Both the position numbers and the translations under genes were made by a program. 64,000 nt of DNA from Callorhinchus milii (Eukaryota): the NCBI RefSeq assembly GCF_018977255.1, contig NW_024704742.1, positions 40,612,001 to 40,676,000 on the forward strand, read 5' to 3'. Below, one piece after another: positions 10,683-22,545 of this stretch; position 1 is the stretch's first letter, and each line of letters starts with the position of its first letter. The notes beneath the pieces were generated by a model that was given only the letters and a program-made list of their open reading frames with translations, did not search any database and was not told where the DNA came from.

Positions 10683-13600
10683 CAAGTTGCACTGTGAGTA
10701 TGTAAGGAAACATGGAATGCAAGCTTGGATTTTTTGGTCTGTGCATCACCTCATACCTGTTTGGCCACCTGATTGATAAGAGGTGTGTTTTTTCACCTTT
10801 GACCTGCTGCTCCAGACACTTATTAAATGACGCTTAAATCATTTATCCATTGTAAAAATAAGGAGCATTAAATGATGTTTATCCACAATATTTTTTAAAA
10901 ATTACATTTTTGTGGTTTTCTTAGTCAAGAAAATGGGTGGGGAGAACACAAAAATCTCAGGTAAATTCAGTGAAAATTGGGATTAATTTTGGAACCTCAA
11001 TAAAATTCTAGAATACGAGTCCAATATAAAAACACTAACTTTATTTTCTTTATAAAAATGATAGCATCTTCACAAACTGATCAATTGTTTTTCATCAAGA
11101 CTGAACATGTGATGCATTATGATGTATGCACCCGGACACCCACCAAACTGCATCCTGACACCCACCGAACTGCACTGCTGGCCTGTGCACTGAACTTTTC
11201 TGACCTGGACTATAACATGTAGAAGAGTTCTCCAACTAAAGAGGAGTCCAGGTGGCAGACTAGTGCTATTTTCATTGTTTTACTGTACAGCATCCAAGAT
11301 AAAAAAAATTTGGAAACTAAGGTTTCAATGTGTTACCGCACAGTTTACGTGTGTGGCATTGAAGAAATGACATCCAAGTGAAAACAAAGGACAGCCAGTA
11401 CATTTTAGTACATTTTAGTGAAAGCAATTAACTTCAGGCATATCAACCTTGAGCATGAGGCAATAAACAGGCTGGCAACTGAAGGGCCTTGAGATAGAAT
11501 CAAACAAGAAGCTCAGGGATTACTGATCCAATTCCGTCCATCTTATCTTTCTTGTTGACCTCAGTTTGGTCAGGTCTGAGTTCAGGATATTTATTTAAAA
11601 ACACATTTTGTTATTTCTGGCCAGCTTAAATATTCAAGGATCTGTGGGACAAACTACTTCCAGAGCAGCTGAAACTAGTCCAAACATGATACATAATAGA
11701 AGCAAACCTATTAAACAGCAGGAATTCGTCAACATCTCGCTATCCCCCAAGGACTTATGGAATCAGTTCAAATACTGCATAACAGTTCAAAAACTGCGTT
11801 GTAAAACATGTATAACTTGTTCATATTTCAGTCTAGACACAGATCGCTTCTAAAAAAAAACACATTGTGCAGGCATTTTATTAAAAAATATATAAGTTAG
11901 ACTGGAAGAGGTAAAAATAAATCATCCCCAAAGAGAACATTTTCCAGGGCTTAAATTTTAGCAATGACAGCTCAGTTTGTAAACAGTGTAAAAAGACTAA
12001 AATGAATGGACTATAGTGACCAGGGTAATGTATTGACACAGTGATTTAGGGGGGGGCATCAGCAGAGTCACAGACTGTCAGAACTCAGGTTTTCTTATGT
12101 AACAAAATACACAAAATATGCCTAGAATATACACAGTCACAGCATTTTTAAATTTTGTGAAGTTCTTTGATACAGCCTCTCGATACGAAAGGCGCTCTAT
12201 TAAATCCAAGGATATTTAAGATTAAACATACAATGATGCTGTCCAACTCAATTTCTATATATTAGGTGCATGGATTGAGCACATGTCTTCATCTCCAAGT
12301 CTCATTGATAGCCTTATCAATCATCAACATCATGTTGGATTACTGTGGACCTGACTAACAGTTCAAAAAAAACAGAAACTATTGTCCTAACTCTGGTGTG
12401 CAACACACTGAGCTAGTCAGGACGTGATTAATGTCCCTGATCCCAATCTCACAGAGAAACTGAACAGAAACCATGTCTATCCTCTCCAAGATGCTTTGAT
12501 GAGCCAAGCACAAGATGGTCAATCCAACTGAAGTGCTATAGATCTGCCCAGATCACAGAGAAGTCCATCATGCTACTCAGATCTTTACCATGAAACCAGC
12601 TCAATCCCAGATACCTCCTCCCCAAGAGAATAGTCACAGTTTGACTCTAACTCTTCACTACATGATGTAGGGATGTTCTCCCGATGTGAAAAAGACTATG
12701 CCAAGATTATTATTGTTATTTCAAATGATATCAAAAATCTCCACCCAGCCTAAATGTTGCATCGTTGCCAATCCAAAAGAATATTCAGATGTGAGGAATG
12801 CAATAATTTACATTGGGATATGAAACATGGTATTCAGAACAGGAGTCACAAATGATATCTCCTGCCTGTAACCAGAAACGCTTCAGGCCAGTCTGCATCA
12901 TCTCCGAAGTAGATTGCATCAGAATTCCTGTTGGCGAGTATAACCAGCAGAAGTTAATAGTCGATCACTGTCTGCTACTTCTGTTGTTAATATTGAGTTT
13001 TAGACCTCAGTAGTGCAGTAGAAATCGCTATTCTGGGACTAAGTCAGTGCAGATGTATTTGTACTCTGAAACTGTTCATACCGTACATGTTGTGGGAGTG
13101 TTTCTGACACTGGGTGATAAATGTGGAAAAATATTTAATTCCCCACCACTAACTAACATGCCTCATCTTGACTAGCACTCAACCTCAACCAAAAATATGA
13201 ACACAAAAGATCAAATTGGAATATTGAAATTTTTCAACCACCGTAAAATAAAAATAATGCATACATTAAACACCACTGGCAATGGAGAAAAGAATCTAGA
13301 TTGTTTCACTAGTAGTTTTACCAGACCAGTTGTACACGGGGAATACTGAATAACAAACGGTTTGATGTGACTAATGTACAAGTGAATTGGATGTTACAAG
13401 AGCAACGAAAATTTTATAAACAATTTGTTATTTCATAATGCTTTTCATACCAGCAACGTTGTGGGTTTCAATGTGCTATGTATAACATCATGCAATATAT
13501 CTTAATGATGAAACCTATTGCCATAACATCGAAACTGAGACTATCTCAGTTGGGATTTTATTGCAATAGGTTTGAACTGGTGGATATTAATGGAAATTAC

Positions 13601-14105
13601 TAAAAAACAAATTTGGTCAAAATTACTAGGCTATGTTACATGTTTTTGTTCAATAGAAATCTGCAAAAGAGCAAGGGGGAGAAAATCTATCTTGCAAATG
13701 CTACCTAGTAGATTTGCTTTATTTTCTTAGCACATCAGAAAATCCTGAATTTGGCAAGCTGATTTATAGTAAATTCTTCAAAATTAAAACTGGCTTCAAA
13801 GTTTTGCCCCAAAATTGAACTGGCTTTGAATTGTGTTCAAAGTTTTACCCACAAAATTCAGTCAATTCACTTGATAGTATATTCTATGGAGCACTTTGAG
13901 ACGTCTCGATGACGTGATAAGGCCCAATATCAAATGTAAGGATTATTATTAAAACAATTTGTCAAATTTTGGATGCTCCTGAAATGTAAATCGAGTAAAT
14001 CTAACTAACCCCAGATGGAAATCCTTCCCCAAAGTTGTGATACTGGCCCGAAACAATGTAAATGATGTTAATCAAAGTAACAGTATTTATTGTGATTTGT
14101 CCTAG

Positions 14106-14737
14106 GGTACAGGGGAAAACTAGGACTTGCAGGACTCGGAGGTGAAAAGGGCGATAGAGGGCTTCCTGGTAAAACAGGAATTCAAGGACAGAATGGTGTT
14201 AAAGGAAAACTAGGTCCAGCAGGAACTTTTGGACCCAAAGGAGACAAAGGACAAAGAGGACAAGCAGGACCTGCTGGTGTTTGTAAATGTGGCAGTATAA
14301 TGCCTAAATCTGCTTTTTCTGTTGGCATAACAACCAGTTACCCAGCAGAAAGAAAGCCCATTATATTTAATAAAATTCTTTTAAATGAGGGAGGCCATTA
14401 TACCCCTTCCACTGGAAAGTTTATATGTGGCATTCCAGGGATTTATTACTTCTCTTATCATATTACTCTGGCCAACAAACACCTTGCACTAGCACTGGTA
14501 CACAATGGCCAATATCGTATAAAAACCTTTGATGCTAATACAGGGAACCACGATGTATCGTCAGGATCCATAGCCATGTACCTGATGCCGGAGGATGAAG
14601 TCTGGCTGGAGATCTTTGATTACGAGCAGAATGGTCTCTTTTCTGATCCCAACTGGACTGACAGTTTATTCTCTGGGTTTTTACTTTACACTGATTCTGA
14701 CTACCTGGATGCATTGGCAGAGGATGAAGAACTATAA
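14106..14737 (+). CDS. C1QTNF7: C1QTNF7 last coding exon (20 Gly-X-Y triplets plus C1q globular domain)
   Basis: Acceptor cctag ends 14105. The phase-1 join gives GYRGKLG...[23 protein letters not shown]...[12 protein letters not shown]...[22 protein letters not shown]. Spliced CDS is 882 nt = 293 aa. Confidence 0.95.
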
Positions 14738-17589
14738 ACTGAAGATGTCTGAATATTCCCTGATAACTTCCAAACATTCTATGAAGAAGATCCAGTAATA
14801 ATCAACTTGTGGTCACTTGTGTTTTCTGAAACACGTGGAAATTTTCCTGTTCTCACTTGGAATAAGGTTGGGAATTAGCTCACCGGGTAATGACTCGTTT
14901 AGGACACTATGAGTAATTCCCAATCCACTCCAGTTCAATTGATGAAGTTCACAAGATCGCAAGAGATTTTCAGATGAAGAAGGCCCATTTGATCATTTCT
15001 TTCCAAATATCAACCATCCAATCCTCCTGCATCAAGCTGCTGCAGTTGACAGAGTTATAGTTAAGTGATTTCATATGGATCATATAGATCTGGGATCCAG
15101 TGTAGAACAGTTCAGTGCACCTCAAAGACAGCAGGACATCTTCAATGGGATTATAAAGCAGTTTCAATCCAGAACCAATGCCTTTTTATCTAGTGGAAAC
15201 ACACTTTTAAAGAATAATATAATTTTGGCCGACTAAATCTTGATTTATTTTCTTTGAAAGTTATTTTCAACCTAACATGAATTTTGGTGTCCGTGGACAC
15301 AACAGACTGTGTCATTTCGCATGAGAATTTGAATGTAATGATACCACCCGATTGTTTTTATTTAATGGTGCTCTTTTCATCACTGTCTAGTCTAGTGATA
15401 GAACTGGGAATATTTAGCACCTTTGAGTTATGCTACTTTTCATTTGTAAGTAATATTATAAAAGAAGAGAGCATTAAAGGTTGCAACTACATATCCTACA
15501 GTGACGTGCTATCATTTCTTGAATTGGACTTGGTACAAACATAATTGTTGAGACATGTTTATTTAGACTGATTCTGCTTTTTGTAAATTCAAAGATAAGC
15601 ATATAGTTCTGGTCATGAGATTTGGCTGAAAACAAGAAAATCCTGAATGAACAAGCATCTGTTAAATACAATTCTAAAGCACAAACAACAATACATATTA
15701 AAGATATTAAACCAAATTATATACTAAAATGGCAGGAATTAATTGTAAACCCCAGGGACAAATTCAGAAAAAATATTCCCAGACATGATCCATGCCAGAC
15801 GACAGACATCAGCCAACGGAAGAAAGGTTTGGGATTGTTCTTGTGTAATTGCACCCCTTTTTGGAGTGATGCAACTCATTGATCTCGCTTCATTTATCTA
15901 ATAACCTTCCTAGCGTTGTGCCATGTTTGGTGGTAAGTTGTCTTTGTTACAGTTCTAACTTGCTCCAAGCTTCCAAAACCGCTTTAAAGGCCCTCTGCTT
16001 ACACCTAATGGCTCTCCTTCCCTTTGAGGTTATCTTGACAGGTTTACACTTTAGAACCGAGTGTCTCGCAGGCTGTAGCTTCAGTTTCCTCACAACTTCA
16101 GCTACAGAAGCAAGAAAGTCCACTGCAGACTCGTCAGTCATCGAGTCTGTGCTGTCAGCCCTTGCACAGAATATATGTACTAAACATTTACATTTACGGC
16201 CCCAACTTTTTTNCATCTTTCCATCCTTTCATCCAGGTTTCTTCCAATATTTGTGTCTCTCAGAATCTAACCTTAGCTGTTTAAAGGTATTTCATGTGTT
16301 ATTATTGGATCTATTAAAGTACCTAGATTGGTATCTTATAACTCTGGTGTGGAATGTCATATTTTACAATTAGACGTATAAGCATGCCATATACTGATGG
16401 AATAAATTTGCTATTTTTCCAAGGTCAGGAAGAGTGTTTGCCAAAAATACTGTTTCAAAATCAGATCAATATATGTACATCAATCTGACTACTCTCCACC
16501 TCCTAAATCATGGAAAAAAAGGTCAAAATAGTTTGGGCACTGGTCTCCAAACAAATGCGTCAAAGAACTACATAGAAATATACATAAAAACTGATTTCTG
16601 GAAACAAAAAACTTGGACAAACAACAAGACAATTTAAATGAATCAATCCAAATAGATTCAGTGAACATCCAAGTTCTAATTATTAGTTTAAGCCATATGA
16701 CAGAAACTTGTAAAGATTCAATAGGTGGCAACACTTTACTGCCTCATTCACGTCAATTGAATATTTTGCTGTTCCCACTGTGCATCTTTTGTCATTTTAA
16801 TTATAATTCTGAAAAGTTCCACCATCCTCCACATTGGACATATCCATTAAATAAATACAAATAAAATAATAAATAATAATCATTGTATTTGATATAGTGC
16901 CTTATATATATTAAATATAGTGCCTTCAAGTCCCACCTCAAGACCCTCCTCTTCGACCATGCCATCGGCCACCCCCCTTCCCCTCCCCTTCCTTCTCCCC
17001 CTCTGAACCCTACTCGGGTCTGAAATGCTGTACACTGTCCAGCTCCTTGGGACGTCCTCCCGACGTGAAAGGCGCTATACAAATGTAATCTTGTTGTTGC
17101 CTTATCATGTCATTGAGACGTCTCAAAACGCTTCAAAGAATACACTGTAAGATGTAGTGACTGTGTGTTTTGTGGATGAAAATGGTAGGGAGAGAGGGGA
17201 AGAGAGAGAGAAAGTGATATTTTTCCTTTAACAACCACACCTAATAGAAACACATGAGACATTGAGTATAGAGATTATGTTAAAATATTATTAATAATCC
17301 TAGCATTTGACACAGCACTATATCAAATCATCGAGACATTTCAAAGCGCTTTGCAGAATTTACTGTATAGTGCCTGTGTGTTTTGTGGGAAACACGGGAT
17401 AGCTATTTGCACACAACAAACAGTCATAGATTAAGTGACCAATTTATTATTGTTTTAAAAAATGTATTTATTGTTTAGACTCCAAATAAATCTCCACTGC
17501 TCATAATCTCCTCTCCATCTATTCCCTTCTCCCTAATGTGTACATAAATTATTAATTTAATCAAAGAGATAATGGTATTTTTGTAGATT

Positions 17590-18120
17590 TAATAATACTT
17601 GCATTTGCTTTAGTGACTTTCATGTCATGAGGACATCTTGAAGTGCTTCACAGGACTTATTGTAATGTGTCGTGACAACATTTTATAGGTGAAAGCCAAT
17701 TTGCACACAAAATGTCCCACAAACATCCAAGAAGCAAAGGACAATTTTACTTGTGAGATTGTTGGCCAGGACACTGGGGGAAGCCATTTGAATAGTGCTG
17801 TGGGCATCCACATGAACAAGGAGATGGGACCTCAGTTTATCTTCTCATCTGAAGAATGGAACCCACAACCTTCTCTTCCAAAATGTACATAATAATCCTT
17901 ACAGTTGGTTTACCATCTTTCACTTTGGGAGAATATTTCAAACGCTTCACAGGATAAACTGTAATGACATGTGTGTATGTGTAAATGATTTGCACACAGC
18001 AACTTCTCGCAAATAACTATGGAATGACTGAACAACTTTTTATTTTGGAGATTGTTGGCCAGGACACTGGGAAAGAGAAACTCCCTTCTCTTTTCAAAGA
18101 ATGCCATGGAATCTTTCTGG
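17590..18120 (-). mobile_element. Two Deu-domain SINE remnants in tandem
   Basis: gttggccaggacactggg occurs twice; reverse Deu and tail motifs. Confidence 0.7.
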
Positions 18121-18389
18121 CAAAGATAGCTTCTGAGCCAGGCCGACATACATGAGTAAACATGAGGAAGAAGGAATTAGAGGGGTACAGGAGAGGGGAT
18201 TAGGAAGGTGGAGGCTGATGTTTTGGTACCGGCATGGACTATTTGGGTTGAATGTTTCCTTGCTGTAACATTCTATGTAATTATGCCATGGAAATATTAA
18301 ATGTTGATGGCTTTTATAATAACCGTTGTGGTAAGCAGCAGACATGTAATAGGTTACCACATTACAGACATGTAATGCCCAGTCTGTAT

Positions 18390-18690
18390 TGAGTTAGCTC
18401 AGCAGTGGAATTGGTCTCAGTGTCCCTGAGCTATCAGAAAGAAAATTCATACAGTGATTCTTACTGCTGGTCACTCTCAAGGGAATCCTGCTTGAATGTA
18501 CGTGCGGGTTGATGCTAGATGAGGAAAGGATCTGGCGTGGTTGTGATGCCCTGGAAAAAATATGCAGCTTGCTGAGACCCACTTTTAATGACAACTTGGG
18601 AAAGATGCCAGAAGGCTTCTAGTGCCATTAAACTATATGCCAACTGGAGTTAGCACCCCAGTTGGGGAGGTGTGGAAGTTGGAAAGGGAA
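18390..18690 (+). mobile_element. Ancient SINE, AmnSINE2-like
   Basis: gaggaaaggatctggcgtggttgtgatgccc...acttgggaaagatgccagaaggc...ggagttagcacc resembles the recalled AmnSINE2-type consensus. Confidence 0.4.
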
Positions 18691-19764
18691 GGTTTGTAAA
18701 ATAGAATCAAAACAACATTGTAGAATATTGACTTTTTTTTAACCTGAGGAATTCTCTGAATAAATTTAAAATTGTCATAGTTTTAAGGTTTTATTTTAGT
18801 ATAATAACTAGTGCACCAATCAAAGGAATAAGTTAGTAAACAATTCTTTATTATTGATGGGATGGCTTACCAGTTTCCAATTAAGTTGTGATCTTATTGA
18901 AGTAGAATCAAATGCTTGAGCCTTTGTTTAAACTCTTAAAGCTTAATCTACAAAATCTAAAACTGGTTTCTTAATATCACTTGTAATCAAAAGGAGTATT
19001 ACTTTAATCGTTTTGCAAAGCATTTAAAATGTTGTTTCTTAAATGAAATGCCTGTAATTGGGTCAAAAATAAATGCAGCACATAGTGTTTTCTTGGAAAA
19101 TGGCATATAATTACTTATTGTTATGGTACTTCTTAATATCCTGTACGAGTTTTTGGACAATCCAAAGAAGATAACTTTATGAAATGTAACTTTATTCAAA
19201 ACAGCTTTTGGAGCAGTATCCCAATAGAGCTCATTCACCAAGACATGCTTAAAGCTAAACCTCTAACGATCTCTTATATAACAATAATCACTAATAACTG
19301 TTACAACAACTTGCATTTATACAGCATTCTTCATCTGGGTAGCGTCTCAGAGCACTTAGCAGTGGTTTGGTTTGACACCGAGCTGGAAAGACAGTGGAGG
19401 TGACTTAAGGCGTGATTCGAAGAAAATCTTCAGGTGTGAATTGAACATGGGCAACGATGGGGCAAGACGGAGGGACTGAGGAATGTTATTCCAGAGATAT
19501 AGTTACATCTGCCATACTAGTCATTGAAAAACATACAGTAACGGTTTCACAGATAAAAGATGGAGAAGAAAACTTCACAACAATGTCTTGTATTTACTTC
19601 TAAAGAACTCTCTTCAACATTGAAAGAATCTTAAATATAATCCTTGCAATTGATATAGCACCTTATCATGTTAAAATGTCTCAGGGTCCTTCACAGTAAT
19701 GTCTATAAAGTGTAGTGACTGTATATAACGTAGAGGAATGTGGCAGCCAGAGCGCAGATGGTTT

Positions 19765-20385
19765 TCGGTCAGCCAGGAGTCTGACACATGTGGAAACCTA
19801 TCACCACGCTCAAAGTATCCAAACTACCTGCTCGTCGAAATTTCTCTGTATGTGGAATGTTGCAGAGATGTACCTTGCTTACCTAATTCTAGAGACTATT
19901 AGGTACAGGTTTGTGATAGCTAAGGTATGGGGACCATAGCCTGGGTATTGGGGTACTACTGCTGGGGTACAAGCTGACCCGCGTGAAGGGCACTGTATAA
20001 ATGCAAGTTGTTATTGCTGGAGTTCAACCAGCTAAAACCATATCACTTGCCACCAAGGCAACTGTCTGTCAATTTTCCCTACTTATCCAGGTAGGATCAC
20101 TTTACCCATTGGGGATTTGGCCTGCAGGGTTAACAGGAGCCAAGTGAGAAGAATCCCTGTTCCCAGTGACTAGTCTTCCCATTCAAATCCTGTTGATGAG
20201 CCAAACTGGCTGGTCTGTCATCAGCAGTGACCTGGAATAGTGCAGACCCATCTGACTCCAGAACCAGACTACCTGGACTGCCTGGAGTGATGATTTAATT
20301 CAAACATTGGAAAGCTAAGCATGTCAGCGTGGAGCCAGCCCAGCCTCAAGGAGACCGTGCTTACCACCCACCAAGGAGGAAAGTC
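19765..20385 (-). repeat. Family U copy, interrupted by an L2 tail at about 19975-20015
   Basis: ggtcagccagg...ggaaacctatcaccacgct...tggagccagcccagcctcaaggagacc. Confidence 0.75.
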
Positions 20386-21051
20386 AATACAACGGCAATA
20401 TGCTACAAACAACCAGGAAATGAATGACTAATTCAACTGAAGGATTTGTTGGCCAGGACACTGGGATAAATTTCCTTCTCTTTTCAAATAGTGCCATGGG
20501 ATCTTAAACATCCAAATAAACAGGCAGATAAAACCTCTGACAATACAACATTCCCCCAACACAGCACTGGAGTGTCAGCCCAGACTATGGGGGTGATGGG
20601 GAGGGAGTTAAAACATTTCCAGGTGTTTGTTATTTACTGTTCATACTGTTTTGTAACTCTTTGTTAGCTTCTTCCCTAACTACCTTTTTGTTGATATAAT
20701 AGTGAGCAAATGTTTTGACAGTTTTTGGATTTGTTGCTAAATTCCTTTCCGGTTCTCTCTCCACTCCCTAATGTCTTTTTAATCTCTTTCTGTACAGTCA
20801 TGTATTGGCTCAATGGTCACCTTCTCCATTTCTCACTACAAGCTTAGTAAATCTTTCTTTTTCCTGACCATCCATTATGGAGCGAAGGAATGCAGTGGGC
20901 GAGCTAGCAACAAGGCTGAAGACAAAAAAAACATTTCCAGAGAGACTGAAATAAACTCACAAACAGGCTGGAGAATGGCAAAAAAATGAAGATTTCTGCC
21001 TCTCCTTTAGCTTTGTCTACTTCCCATATAACCATAATAATGATTTTTGCA

Positions 21052-21178
21052 CAAAACACAAAATACTGCAGATGCTGGAAATCTGAAACAAAAACCGAGC
21101 GAACTGGGGAAACTCAGCAAGTCAGGCAGCACCCAGAGAGAAAGGAAAGCGAGTCAACGCTTCGGGTCCGCGACTCTT
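21052..21178. mobile_element. Penelope-like element terminal-repeat fragment
   Basis: aaaatactgcagatgctggaaatctgaaacaaaaa...ctcagcaagtcaggcagca...aacgcttcgggtc is a recalled motif of chondrichthyan PLE repeats. Confidence 0.65.
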
Positions 21179-21570
21179 AATAATAATAATAATAATCCTT
21201 GCATTTGATATAGCGCTTTTCACGTCGGGAGGACGTCCCAAAGCGCTTCACAGAACACACTGTAAAGTGAATTGACTGTATATTTGTGGGCGAACGCGGC
21301 AGCCAATTGCGCACAGCAATGTCCCACAAACAGTCGTAGATTGAAAATGACCAATTTAATTATTGTTTTTAGTTTTGGAGGGATTATTATTAGGCGTGTG
21401 GAGTAAGGAAACTTGCCCAAGGTTTCGCCCTGCCTGGAATTGAACTCAGGTCTCTCATAATAATCCTTGCATTTGTTAGCAGCATTTTATCACGCCTTCG
21501 AGACGTCTCAAAACGCTTCGCAGGATACACTGTCAAGTGAACTGACTGCAATATTCTGTGGGTGAGACCA
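21179..21570 (-). mobile_element. Young short-subfamily SINE (to 21456, 5'-truncated) abutting the tail of an older SINE fragment
   Basis: Near-identical to 30410-30728; a second taataatccttgcatttg tail starts at 21457. Confidence 0.88.
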
Positions 21571-21699
21571 TCAGCCTCACACTGATTTCACTGTATGTTT
21601 TGGTCTTTGTGGATTTGCATATATATATATTTTTTAAAAAAATGATGATGATTAGGATTCCTACATTTCTCTCTTAACAGGACACCGTAGCAAATCAGT

Positions 21700-21917
21700 T
21701 CCCACCCCCCCCACCCCACCCCCTGAGCTGCCAGCCTGGTCCTCAGTGATTGACAGTGAAACTCACCAACTGCTGTCCAGGCAGCTCAGGCTCTTTCCTG
21801 TGAAGTGGTCACCAGGAGAGCTGTTTCCAGGACACGGTCAGCGTCAGTGAAAGAGTGGGGGGAGGGAGGGAGGGAGGATGGCATTGCATGAGAAGCCAAA
21901 GCATTAATGCTCACGGT
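21700..21917 (+). promoter_or_regulatory. Candidate CC2D2A promoter / first exon
   Basis: Locally GC-rich, non-repeat segment ending in a consensus donor GTAAGT at 21918. Contains X-box-like GTTTCCAGGACAC (21823-21835) and a G-tract array (21857-21874). The TSS cannot be determined. Confidence 0.45.
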
Positions 21918-22359
21918 GTAAGTATCTTGTTTCTTTGCAATAATAATAATTCTTTTAAAAAAAAACTTCGATTTGCTTCGCCTCCATCCGGTTACTGTGT
22001 TGCAGCCCCCGGGACCTGATGATCCACTGCATTGCAGCAGCTGAAGTCTGTGCTGGTGATAGATTCGTGTCGACTCTCTGCTCCTCAGTGTTTATGTGGC
22101 ACCATCAGCTGCTTTGCTGCCCTGATTCCTGCTGGTGTTGGTTGCACCCGTGGAGGTTTCACTTTGCGGGTTAATATTGATTCAGCTGCTTAGTTACAGT
22201 AAGAGAGAGTATCCCACCCACCCACCCACCCACCCACCCTGTGACAACCACAGATCACACTTTGCTATTGCGGCTATTAATAAAAGCTGCTCCTGTTACA
22301 GCAAAGAAAACACATTTGTCCATTTCCGAGAAACGCCTGGTCTGAGATTGACCCAAAGC

Positions 22360-22545
22360 AACAATAATTTGGTCACTTCGGTCCACGACTGTTTGTGGGA
22401 CGCTGCTGTGCGCAATGGGCTGCCGCGATTCGCCCACGCAAAATATACAGTCACTTCACGTTACGGTATATTCTGTGAAGCGCTTTGAGACGTCTCCCAA
22501 GATGTGATAAGGCGCTATATCAAATGCAAGGATTATTATTATTAT
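22360..22545 (+). mobile_element. tRNA SINE 3' half
   Basis: Body and gcaaggattattatt tail. Confidence 0.82.

Noticed and set aside
15879..16373. Overlapping ORFs of 164 aa (+) and 89 aa (-) downstream of C1QTNF7
   Set aside because: No recognisable domain or splice structure; the + ORF starts at TTG and both span an N. Probably 3' UTR or intergenic (AATAAA at 16401).
11148..22239. Small tandem repeats: a 22-bp unit twice at about 11128-11175 and (CCCA)n at 22213-22239
   Set aside because: Ordinary slippage repeats with no further structure.
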